Positions 20,374 to 29,299 of a stretch of 64,000 nt of DNA are shown in pieces; positions within the stretch are counted from its first letter, which is position 1, and every line of letters begins with the position of its first letter. The position numbers were made by a program, and so were the translations under genes. The stretch is from an uncultured delta proteobacterium (GTDB taxonomy: Bacteria; Desulfobacterota; Desulfobacteria; Desulfobacterales; JAHEIW01), in the NCBI GenBank assembly GCA_963706575.1, contig CAVPNL010000005.1, positions 32,001 to 96,000 on the forward strand. The letters run 5' to 3'. The notes beneath the pieces were generated by a model, which had not been told where the DNA came from, did not search any database, and was given only the letters and a program-made list of their open reading frames with translations.

Positions 20374-21669
20374 CTATTTTTTATATTTTTCGATGAACCA
20401 CGGGGGCAGCTTATAGGGAACGACGCCCTTGTAGGTAATCTCGGGTGCCTCCGGAGTGGCCTTCCACTTGTACGGCCAGACCGGCACCAGTTTGCCGTCC
20501 TGCCACTGCACACCCAGACCGGTTAGATAACCCGGTCCCCAAATGGGATCGTGGTTTTTATCGAATTTCAGATGCCCGGCGGCGATATTCGCGTCCCATT
20601 TTTCGAGTTCAGCCACAACTTTATCGCTATCCAGGCTTCCGACCCGTTTGATGGATTCAGCCAAGATGGTAATGGCATCATGGGTTCCTGCATTGTATGC
20701 CGGTACTTCACCGAAGCGTTTGATGTAGCTTTTCACAAACGGCTGGGTCAATTCATTTATCTCGGCATCCCGCGCATAGGTGTTCAATGTCATGACATAA
20801 TTGCCCATGCCGCCGGTGGCCTCCATGAAACCGTCTTTCTGGGCTTCGACATTGATTCCCACCTGCGCCACCGGTATCTTCAGTTCACCGATCTGTTTGG
20901 CAAAGGTGACGCCCACCGTAGCGGAAAAAATGGTAAACACGATGTGGGCCTCGGAGCGTTGGATGGCCGACAGTTCGGCAGTCACGTCGGTGGCGGTCTG
21001 CGAGGGTCGCCAGATGCCGGCGATTTCGAGTCCCAGCTTGGGAATCGTTTCTTCCGAGGCTTTAACCATGGCCTCCACCCAGGCCTGTTTTTCGCCCACG
21101 ATGGCCACTTTTGGCTTCTGGATGCCCACCGCCTTGCGCATGATGCCGCCGACCGTTGCCAGGTGAATGAAATTGGTTCTGGCCAGATTGATGTTGTTAT
21201 ACGGTGTGATGCGAAACCAGTATTTGTAGCGGTCATAATCTTCGCCAACGCGGTCACAGATTGACTTGGTGGCGGCGCCGCAGCCTAAAAAGATGGTTTT
21301 ATAATCCATGGCAATATCCTGCATCGCCAGGACGGCCTCGGTGCGGAAACCGCCGACAATGAAATCGACCTTCTCGCGGGTGAGCAGCAATTCCATGGCA
21401 TTGGTGGCGTCTGTCATGCTTAAAAACTCGTTGGAATCGGCCTTGACCAGCTCGATCTTCATTTTCTTGTCGCCGACCTGGACACCGCCGGCGGCATTGA
21501 ACTTATCCTGGGCCATCAGCGCCCCGTTCCAGTGATGTTTGCCCTGCAAGAAATTCATGGGACCGATGACGCCGATTTTAATAGTGTCGGCTCCAAGGGC
21601 TGGAAAACTGACGATCATGACGAGCAAAAACGCCATTAATGCGGTCATCAGAAACATAGGTCTTTTCAT
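20374..21669 (-). CDS. ABC transporter substrate-binding protein (LivJ/LivK type, periplasmic binding fold I)
   Basis: Signal peptide followed by TIKIGVIGP; C-terminal GVQWQDGK; operon context. Confidence 0.9.
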   Translation of the reverse strand: MKRPMFLMTALMAFLLVMIVSFPALGADTIKIGVIGPMNFLQGKHHWNGALMAQDKFNAAGGVQVGDKKMKIELVKADSNEFLSMTDATNAMELLLTREKVDFIVGGFRTEAVLAMQDIAMDYKTIFLGCGAATKSICDRVGEDYDRYKYWFRITPYNNINLARTNFIHLATVGGIMRKAVGIQKPKVAIVGEKQAWVEAMVKASEETIPKLGLEIAGIWRPSQTATDVTAELSAIQRSEAHIVFTIFSATVGVTFAKQIGELKIPVAQVGINVEAQKDGFMEATGGMGNYVMTLNTYARDAEINELTQPFVKSYIKRFGEVPAYNAGTHDAITILAESIKRVGSLDSDKVVAELEKWDANIAAGHLKFDKNHDPIWGPGYLTGLGVQWQDGKLVPVWPYKWKATPEAPEITYKGVVPYKLPPWFIEKYKK

Positions 21670-22361
21670 GACCTGCCTCCTTTCAGTTTGAGGTTGTCTT
21701 CTATATTGACCTTAAGGTTTATGGTGGGTTCCTTTTTAGGCACCACAATTCCCTGAAAAATGGTGTCGATGATATCATCCACTAAACCCAACAGATCAGC
21801 GGGTTTACCCAGCAAACATTTTCGGGTGACCAGATGCTCAACCGTCCCCCAGATCATGGCCCGCACGAGATGGGGTTGAATATCGGTGCGAAACTCTCCG
21901 TTTTGAATGCCTTCCTCTAAAACATGAAGGGTGACTCTGGCGGTTGACTGGACAATTTTATAGGCATCGGTTTTTTGAAAGTTGCGATGACCTTTGAGGA
22001 TCAGCATAACGATATTGGCGTAGTCGGGGTTTTCGGCATACAGGCTCAGATGGCGGGAAATCAAAAAGCGTAGCTTGTTGGCAGCACCTTGAATATATTT
22101 TAAAATTTCACGATTTTTTTCTTCGTGCTGCCGGGTTGTTTGGGCGGGAATGGAAAACAGCAGTTCCTCTTTGGAAGAGAAGTATTCGTAAATGGTTGCT
22201 TCTGAGACTTTTGATTTTCTGGCGATTTCGGAGATGGTGGCTTCATGGAACCCTTTTTTGGCAAAAATGCTTGCGGCGCCTTTCAAAATGGCAGCCCCTT
22301 TCACCGGATTTTTGGGCGCCTTAAGGTTTTTAGAAGATTTACCCTGGGTCCTGGAAGCCAT
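21666..22361 (-). CDS. TetR/AcrR-family transcriptional regulator
   Basis: FAKKGFHEATISEIARKSKVSEATIYEYFSSKEELL. Its stop overlaps the SBP start (ATGA). Confidence 0.94.
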   Translation of the reverse strand: MASRTQGKSSKNLKAPKNPVKGAAILKGAASIFAKKGFHEATISEIARKSKVSEATIYEYFSSKEELLFSIPAQTTRQHEEKNREILKYIQGAANKLRFLISRHLSLYAENPDYANIVMLILKGHRNFQKTDAYKIVQSTARVTLHVLEEGIQNGEFRTDIQPHLVRAMIWGTVEHLVTRKCLLGKPADLLGLVDDIIDTIFQGIVVPKKEPTINLKVNIEDNLKLKGGRS

Positions 22362-22538
22362 AAGATAAGATTCCGGGCTGATTTGATAAATGCGATCCTG
22401 ACGAAATGAATAATAATGGTATTTTCGTTCTATCGATATATTAATATCTACAATTTGTTGTCAAGTTGTTTTTTAAAGACCATCTGTTTTATTTAAGCTT
22501 ATATTTATACTAAGGCTATAAATATGGTAAAAAAAATA

Positions 22539-22567
22539 TTGACGGACTATATAATCTTGAGTAGCTT
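22539..22567 (+). promoter_or_regulatory. Candidate sigma70 promoter
   Basis: TTGACG-N17-TAGCTT upstream of the DUF362 gene. Confidence 0.5.
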
Positions 22568-22609
22568 CCATTTTAGCAAGTTTTCTCAAACAGGGAAGCA
22601 ACTTGGAAA

Positions 22610-23941
22610 TTGCACGTGACGTCAAAATCGCTCGTATCGATTGTAAGGTATGAAAAACCGCTGGAATCGGTTCGCAAGGGTGTTGCGCTTTGCCGGGGCC
22701 TGGAGCACCTTCCTCATAAAGCCCGCGTGTTTATTAAACCCAATATCGTGTTTTGGACCCCGCAAACGAATTTTCCCAAATATGGGGTGATTACGACCAG
22801 CCGCGTCGTTGAAGACATGGTGGTTGTGCTGAAAGAACGCGGTGTGGGTGACATTCTCATCGGCGAAGGCACCGTCTTGAGCGACCCCAAAGCCACCGAG
22901 AATCAGGAACATGCCTTTGAGGCATTGGGATATGGTGTTTTACAAAAGCGCTACGGGGTAAAACTGGTAAATATCTGGAAGCGGCCCTTTATAAAGGTCG
23001 ACCTGGGAGCAGGGGTGGCCCTTAAATTTAATCCTGATATTCTGGAATCCGATTTTGTCGTAGATTTGCCGGTTTTGAAAACCCACAGCATGACGGTTGT
23101 CAGTCTGGGAATCAAGAATCTGAAGGGGATGATTGATATCCCTTCCCGCAAAAAATGCCATAATACCGATCCCGCAAAGGACCTGCACTTTATGGTCGCC
23201 AGGCTTGCTGATCCCATGCCGCCGATGATGACCTTGCTGGACGGCATTTATACTTCCGAGCGCGGACCGAATATTGACGGGACCATGCACCGCAGCAATC
23301 TGCTGGTCGCTTCGGCAGATGTGCTCTCGGCTGACATGGTCGGCGCTACGGTGCTGGGTCACCCTCCCCAAGATGTGCCCCATCTGGCGCATGCTGCCCG
23401 CAACCGTAAAAGGCCGGTTGATCTTTCCGATCTAGAAGTCGTTGGTGAATCGATTGATAAGGTCACATCGCCGCATCAACATGATTTTCCATACACTAAA
23501 GACGAATCCCTGCCGCTGTCCATCTCGAAAATAGGAGTGACAGGACTGTCGTATTATAAGTACGATCTGAGCCTGTGTACCTATTGCTCGGGATTGACCC
23601 GTACGGCATTCTATGCGATTGCCAAGGCCTGGCAGGGTGACCCCTGGGATGATGTGGAAGTGCTCAGCGGGAAAGTCATGCAGCCCAGACCGGGTAAAAA
23701 GAAAACCATCCTGTTTGGCAAGTGCATGCACCGGGCCCATAAAGACAATCCGGATATACGTGAAATGATCGCAATTAAGGGGTGTCCTCCCAAGCCCGAA
23801 GCGGTTTTCAAGGCTTTTCAGCAGGCCGGGATTCAGCTCGATACAAAAATGTTTGAAAACATCCAAAAACTCCCCGGGCAATTTTTCAAGCGCTATGAAG
23901 GCCGGCCGGAGTTTGAAGAATTACACTTCCAGATAAGCTAG
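22610..23941 (+). CDS. DUF362 domain protein with a Cys-containing C-terminal domain
   Basis: VFIKPN, LPVLKTH, SLGIKNLKG, LLDG; C-terminal CTYC...GKC...GCPP. Start codon uncertain (TTG 22610 or GTG 22616). Confidence 0.8.
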   Translation: MHVTSKSLVSIVRYEKPLESVRKGVALCRGLEHLPHKARVFIKPNIVFWTPQTNFPKYGVITTSRVVEDMVVVLKERGVGDILIGEGTVLSDPKATENQEHAFEALGYGVLQKRYGVKLVNIWKRPFIKVDLGAGVALKFNPDILESDFVVDLPVLKTHSMTVVSLGIKNLKGMIDIPSRKKCHNTDPAKDLHFMVARLADPMPPMMTLLDGIYTSERGPNIDGTMHRSNLLVASADVLSADMVGATVLGHPPQDVPHLAHAARNRKRPVDLSDLEVVGESIDKVTSPHQHDFPYTKDESLPLSISKIGVTGLSYYKYDLSLCTYCSGLTRTAFYAIAKAWQGDPWDDVEVLSGKVMQPRPGKKKTILFGKCMHRAHKDNPDIREMIAIKGCPPKPEAVFKAFQQAGIQLDTKMFENIQKLPGQFFKRYEGRPEFEELHFQIS

Positions 23942-24016
23942 TATTGTGTTTTAAAATTAATTCCTAAGATAGTGGCAATGCAAAATCTTACAACGTCAAG
24001 CATAATAATCTCGTTG

Positions 24017-24081
24017 GTCATTCCCGCGCAGGCGGGAATCCAGGCGTCTTTGAACTGGACTCCCGCCTGCGCGGGAGTGAC
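24017..24081. repeat. REP/dRS3-like palindromic dimer (core of family C)
   Basis: GTCATTCCCGCGCAGGCGGGAATCCAG...CTGGACTCCCGCCTGCGCGGGAGTGAC is identical to the reverse complement of 14972-15036. A family-C-like end CTAGTATTGTGT begins at 23938. Confidence 0.9.
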
Positions 24082-24229
24082 ATGAAGAAGTGGCTTTTCG
24101 AATACCGAAGCTTTATTTTGTTCTTTTTATTTCTTTCCGGAATATGACAAATAGAACTATCTCAAAAAACGGATCGAATTCGACGATAGTGGATTGTAAA
24201 TCGATTCATAAGCGAAGGAGGTAAACATC

Positions 24230-25432
24230 ATGTTTTTTGAGTTTTCAGACAAGGCCAGAGATTTACAGGAACAGCTCAAGGCATTCATGGATAAACACAT
24301 TTATCCGAATGAACCGGAGTTTTATCGCCAGCTCAATGAAGGCGATCGCTGGAAGGTTATTCCGCTGCTGGAAGACCTTAAAGAAAAGGCCAGGGCCGAA
24401 GGGTTGTGGAACCTGTTCCTGCCGGAAAGTGAGTATGGGGCCGGGCTGACCAACTACGAGTACGCTCCCCTGTGCGAGATCATGGGGCGTGTCTATTGGG
24501 CATCGGAGGTTTTCAACTGTTCGGCGCCGGATACCGGCAATATGGAAGTGCTGGTCCGATACGGCACGGAGGAACAAAAGCAACAATGGCTCAAACCATT
24601 GTTGGAGGCCCAAATTCGATCCGCGTTCTGCATGACCGAGCCTGACGTGGCGTCCTCGGATGCCCGCAATATCGAGGCCAGTATCGTGCGCGACGGCGAT
24701 GAATATGTGATCAACGGGCACAAATGGTGGATATCGGGCGCCGGAGATCCACGCTGTGAAATATACATATTCATGGGCAAGACCGATCCTGAAGGGCACC
24801 CCTACCGGCAGCAGTCCATGATCCTGGTGCCGCGGGATACCCCGGGCGTGGAGATTAAGCGTATGCTGCCGGTCTACGGATATGACGGCGCACCTCATGG
24901 TCATGGCGAGATCCTATTCAAGGACGTGCGCGTCCCGGTGTCCAATATTTTGCTCGGAGAGGGCCGGGGATTTGAAATTGCCCAGGGGCGCCTCGGGCCG
25001 GGCCGGATTCATCATTGCATGCGCACCATCGGCGTCGCCGATCGGGCGCTGGAAGAGATGTGCCGCCGGGTCAAGACCCGCGTGGCCTTCGGGCGGCCGC
25101 TGGCTGAAATGGGCCAGATCCGCCAGGACATTGCCCGGTCCCGCTGCGAGATCGACCAGGCCCGGTTGCTGACCCTGTATGCGGCCCACCGCATGGATAC
25201 GGTCGGCAATAAGGTGGCGCGAACCGAAATCGCCATGATAAAAGTGGTCGCGCCCAATATGGCGCTCAAAGTCATCGACCGAGCGATTCAGGCCCACGGC
25301 GGAATGGGCGTCTGTAACGACACCTGGCTGGCCGGGGCCTATGCCAATATCCGGACCCTGCGGCTGGCCGATGGTCCGGATGAAGTTCATCGTGAGGTCA
25401 TTGCCAGACTGGAACTGGGAAAAGAATCATGA
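24230..25432 (+). CDS. Acyl-CoA dehydrogenase, ACAD10/ACAD11/FadE2-like family
   Basis: [57 protein letters not shown]. Confidence 0.95.
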   Translation: MFFEFSDKARDLQEQLKAFMDKHIYPNEPEFYRQLNEGDRWKVIPLLEDLKEKARAEGLWNLFLPESEYGAGLTNYEYAPLCEIMGRVYWASEVFNCSAPDTGNMEVLVRYGTEEQKQQWLKPLLEAQIRSAFCMTEPDVASSDARNIEASIVRDGDEYVINGHKWWISGAGDPRCEIYIFMGKTDPEGHPYRQQSMILVPRDTPGVEIKRMLPVYGYDGAPHGHGEILFKDVRVPVSNILLGEGRGFEIAQGRLGPGRIHHCMRTIGVADRALEEMCRRVKTRVAFGRPLAEMGQIRQDIARSRCEIDQARLLTLYAAHRMDTVGNKVARTEIAMIKVVAPNMALKVIDRAIQAHGGMGVCNDTWLAGAYANIRTLRLADGPDEVHREVIARLELGKES

Positions 25433-26478
25433 ATACCGAAGCCAAACTTACGCCGGTAAGGGAGGCGCACCGTTTCGATGAGGCCGCTTTAGCGAAATAT
25501 CTGATAGCTGAACTCGATGGTTTCTGCGAACCGTTCAGTATCCTGCAGTTTGAAGGCGGGCAATCGAATCCGACATTTCTCTTGGATTGCGGTGCTCACA
25601 AATATGTGCTGCGCAAAAAACCGCCGGGCAAACTCCTGCCTTCCGCACACCAGGTAGACCGTGAGTACCGCGTCATGAAGGCGCTTGAGCAGAGCGACGT
25701 GCCGGTGCCCGGGATGTATCTTCTGTGCGAAGACGCAGACGGTGATCGGAACGACGTTTTTCGTGATGGAGTACGTCGACGGCCGGTTGTTTTCAAATGT
25801 AACCCTTCCGGGACTGTCACCCGGGGAGCGCCGGGCGATCTATTTTGAGATGATCCGGGTGCTGGCGGCCCTGCATTCGGTGGATTATGAAGCGCTGGGT
25901 CTATCCGATTTCGGCAAATCCGGAAACTACTTTGCCCGCCAGATCGGACGATGGTCCAAACAGTATGTCTCGGCCAAGACCGATCACATTCACTCCATGG
26001 AAAACCTGATGGATTATCTGCCGCAAAACGTGCCGCCCGATGATACCACCTGCATCGTTCATGGTGACTATCGCATGGAAAATATGCTGTTTCATCCAAC
26101 GGAACCCAAAATCCTGGCCTTGCTGGATTGGGAGCTTTCCACCCTGGGGCATCCTCTCGGTGACCTGGCCTACAGCTGCGGCCCTACCACTTCACTACGT
26201 CCGGTAATCCCAGCCTGGACGGTATTGTGGGCCGGAATCGGGGATTCCCACCGAGTCGGAATTTGTCGAAGAATATTGCCGCCGGACCGACCGGGCGGGC
26301 ATTCCCAACTGGAATTTTTATATGGCCTTTGCTTTTTTCCGTCTGGCGAGCATTTGTCAGGGTGTCTATAAACGCGGGTCTGATGGGTACGGCCAGTTCA
26401 ACCCAGGCTTTAGAGAGAGGCAGGCTCGCCCGGGCAATCAGTGATCTGGCCTGGTCTTTTATCGAAAACGGAAGCTGA
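25429..26478 (+). pseudogene. APH-family phosphotransferase (ACAD10/11 N-terminal kinase-like), several frameshifts
   Basis: [33 protein letters not shown] and LDWELSTLGHP are spread over three frames, with shifts near 25740, 26180-26300 and 26377. Confidence 0.87.
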
Positions 26479-26565
26479 AACTTTATCTGAAACTCCCGGT
26501 ATCCCCCGAATTTTTTAATTAATTGACCTAAATCAATTGCCTTGCCTCATATCCCTGATAGATAT

Positions 26566-26712
26566 TAGAAGTGGTTTCAAAACCCCATCTAAGGCCCACG
26601 GCCTGCGTTGCAAGCCTCCGATAAATGCTCACATACACATGTATGCTGCGCTTTCTCGATCGGCTTGACGCCTTGTCCTTGAACCTGATCTGGAATTTTG
26701 AAACCACTTCTA
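26566..26712. mobile_element. MITE-like element family A, short 147-bp variant
   Basis: Perfect 17-bp TIRs TAGAAGTGGTTTCAAAA/TTTTGAAACCACTTCTA and an internal long hairpin. Confidence 0.9.
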
Positions 26713-26763
26713 TATAAATCCTTATTGAAACAACTATCATATCTCCAAAAGGAGCCCTAAAAA

Positions 26764-27204
26764 ATGTGTGAAAGCTTTAAAACAAGATGTGTCTGCGGGC
26801 AAAAAACGGCGGAGATTTTTTTTGGGAAGATGGTTCTGGCCGAATCGTCGGTGTCGCAGGTGTATTGCCCGCAATGCAGCCAGGAGATAGAATCCGGGCG
26901 CGATGATCGGGTCTGGGACAACGACTGGATCCTTGAGATGGATATGGATGTTTTGCGCACCCATGCCGCTTCAATGGGAATTGCACCCCAGGAGGTCACT
27001 GCCGAATGGGTTTTTGACCAGGGGTTTGCCACCTGGGTCGGGATAACACCGGATGATACCGAAACAAGAAATCAGGAGCGCGAGGAAATCCAGAAGCTTG
27101 CCAAAACCGATATGCATGCCTACTACCAGGCCATGAAAGAATGGGGACTGGGCCGCGAAAAGAAGTTTATGGAGGAAGGCTGGCGAAAGATGAGGCAGGC
27201 TTAG
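26764..27204 (+). CDS. Hypothetical protein with CxC and CPxC motifs (possibly Zn-binding)
   Basis: 146-aa ORF with an AAGGAG RBS and a downstream terminator. No family recognised. Confidence 0.75.
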   Translation: MCESFKTRCVCGQKTAEIFFGKMVLAESSVSQVYCPQCSQEIESGRDDRVWDNDWILEMDMDVLRTHAASMGIAPQEVTAEWVFDQGFATWVGITPDDTETRNQEREEIQKLAKTDMHAYYQAMKEWGLGREKKFMEEGWRKMRQA

Positions 27205-27247
27205 AAAATTAAGTTTGAATTCGATGCATAAACCGATGTAGAAGATG

Positions 27248-27278
27248 AGGGCAGGATCAAGTGGATCCTGCCCTTTTC
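27248..27278 (+). terminator. Rho-independent terminator
   Basis: AGGGCAGGATC-aagtg-GATCCTGCCCT followed by TTTC. Confidence 0.7.
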
Positions 27279-27280
27279 AT

Positions 27281-27427
27281 TTGAAGCGGTTTCAAAATCC
27301 CATCTAAGGCCCAAGGGCTGCGTTGCAGGCCTCCGGTAAATGCTCACATACCCATGTATGCTGCGCTTTTCCGATCGGCCTGACGCCTTGCCCTTGAACC
27401 TGATCTGGAATTTTGAAACCACTTCTT
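27281..27427. mobile_element. MITE-like element family A, short variant
   Basis: Colinear, highly similar copy of 26566-26712 in the same orientation; termini slightly decayed. Confidence 0.9.
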
Positions 27428-27443
27428 ATAAAGGACTTTTCCG

Positions 27444-28670
27444 ATGTCCCGTGCCAAAATTATTTCAGACTTTCTCGGATTGACAAAAAGCACCTCAGGT
27501 TTGTTGCTCATGGTGGTTTTGGTGGCCATGGGCGAACGCATGGCGGAACGCTTTCTCCCCATTTATCTGATGGCACTTGGCGGTGGCGTAATTTCGATTG
27601 GCCTTTTAAACGGTTTGGATAATTTTTTATCGGCTGTTTATGCTTTTCCGGGAGGGTATCTTTCTGAGCGTATCGGCGCCAAGCGGGCACTTTTGGCATT
27701 TAATTTTATGGCCATGGCCGGTTTTTTGATTGTGATTTTGATTCCGGCCTGGCAGGCTGTTCTGGTCGGTGCTGTCTTTTTTTTGGCCTGGTCGGCGATT
27801 TCCCTGCCGGCAACCATGGGTTTGATTGCAAAGGTGTTGCCCACCGGTAAACGCACCATGGGCGTTACCATGCATTCGCTGGTGCGTCGGTTTCCCATGG
27901 CGCTGGGCCCTATTCTGGGGGGGCTGTGCATTGGCGCCTGGGGGATTACAAACGGCGTCCGGGTCGCCTTTTGCGTGGCTTTGGTTTTAGCCATTATTGC
28001 GGTTTTGCTGCAGCAAAAATTAATCGAGGATGATTCTAAATCGACTTCAGATGACACCTGTGCCATCGCGCCCGAAAAAAATCCCTGGAAGCTGTTTCAA
28101 TCCATGGATACTTCTCTGAAGCGGCTGCTGGTATCCGATATTCTCATCCGGTTCTGCGAACAGATCCCCTATGCCTTTGTGGTCGTGTGGTGTATGAAAA
28201 CGATTGCCCAGCCGGTCTCGGCGTTTCAGTTCGGCATTTTAACCGGTATTGAAATGGCCACCGCCGTTCTCGTCTACATTCCCGTCGCTCACCTGGCGGA
28301 TAAAACCACCAAAAAGCCGTTCGTGGTGATCACATTTATCTTTTTTACATTTTTCCCGCTGGTTCTTTTATTCTGTCAGTCGTTTCTGTGGCTGATTGCG
28401 GCATTTATACTCAGGGGGTTAAAGGAGTTTGGTGAGCCCACCCGTAAAGCGCTTATTCTTGATCTGGCACCGGAAACCTGTAAAGCCGGAATGTATGGAC
28501 TTTATTATTTTCTCCGTGATGTGTGTGTTTCCGTAGCGGCCTTTGGCGGTGCTTTTTTATGGCAGGTTAGCCCGACAACCAATTTTGGGGTCGCATTTTT
28601 ATTTGGAGTGGCAGGGACCATCGGATTTGTACGTTATGGTACAGATGTCCGCTTACACAGCGATGGATGA
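27444..28670 (+). CDS. MFS transporter
   Basis: About 12 hydrophobic segments; GGYLSERIGAKR matches MFS motif A. Confidence 0.88.
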   Translation: MSRAKIISDFLGLTKSTSGLLLMVVLVAMGERMAERFLPIYLMALGGGVISIGLLNGLDNFLSAVYAFPGGYLSERIGAKRALLAFNFMAMAGFLIVILIPAWQAVLVGAVFFLAWSAISLPATMGLIAKVLPTGKRTMGVTMHSLVRRFPMALGPILGGLCIGAWGITNGVRVAFCVALVLAIIAVLLQQKLIEDDSKSTSDDTCAIAPEKNPWKLFQSMDTSLKRLLVSDILIRFCEQIPYAFVVVWCMKTIAQPVSAFQFGILTGIEMATAVLVYIPVAHLADKTTKKPFVVITFIFFTFFPLVLLFCQSFLWLIAAFILRGLKEFGEPTRKALILDLAPETCKAGMYGLYYFLRDVCVSVAAFGGAFLWQVSPTTNFGVAFLFGVAGTIGFVRYGTDVRLHSDG

Positions 28671-28715
28671 TCGGTCGCCGAATCAATACGTTTAACGTAT
28701 GCCTGAAGGTTCAGA

Positions 28716-28934
28716 TTATACGGACTCTACGCTGACAATTTCAGGAATTTTCTTTTTGACATAGGCTTCAATACCCTGTTTGAGGGTCATCTGGGACATG
28801 GGACATCCGCCGCAGGCGCCGGTTAACCTAACCTTGACAATGCCGTCTTCCACATCCACCAGTTCCACATCGCCACCGTCCGCCTGAAGTGACGGCCGAA
28901 TATCATTCAGAGCGCTTTGCACCTCTTTTTTCAT
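28716..28934 (-). CDS. NifU/NfuA C-terminal domain Fe-S carrier protein
   Basis: IRPSLQADGGDVELV...LTGACGGCPMS. Confidence 0.94.
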   Translation of the reverse strand: MKKEVQSALNDIRPSLQADGGDVELVDVEDGIVKVRLTGACGGCPMSQMTLKQGIEAYVKKKIPEIVSVESV

Positions 28935-29299
28935 TTTTTTCTCCTATGCAATTGGGATGTTAGATTTAATTTTACTTTAATTCGCAACTCTTAATTTATA
29001 CCACATTGTGGCGTTGGTCAAGTCATTCGTATCAATATTTGGAAAACAGCGATGACGAATCCGGGTGAATCGTTCGTATTCAATTTTATAAACCCATCAT
29101 CGCCAAACAAAACCCATGACACTGAAAAATCCAATTGACACCCAGCTTTGATACAGGTTAATCATTTTGTGTTCCTCAATAAGCTGCGTGTAATTCCTAT
29201 CAAAGACTTTAGTGCTGAGATAAACTTGTCATCAAAAAAAGCATGCAATTTTCAAATAAGGCTACCAAGCTCTATTAATAGAGAGAAAGGGGTTCACAA

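Noticed and set aside
26528..27422. Similar small ORFs 26528..26740 and 27201..27422 (also 6278..6505 and 35473..35703) as a peptide family
   Set aside because: They are translations of the repeat elements themselves. They lack RBSs, and their similarity is explained by the DNA repeat.
6382..27427. Family A and family C repeats as a CRISPR array
   Set aside because: Copies are dispersed over tens of kb, there is no regular repeat-spacer period, and no cas genes are present.
29026..29103. Short direct (TTCGTAT...CAAT) and inverted (GCGATGA/TCATCGC) repeats between the NifU-like and cytochrome genes
   Set aside because: They are too short and degenerate to distinguish from chance without comparative data.
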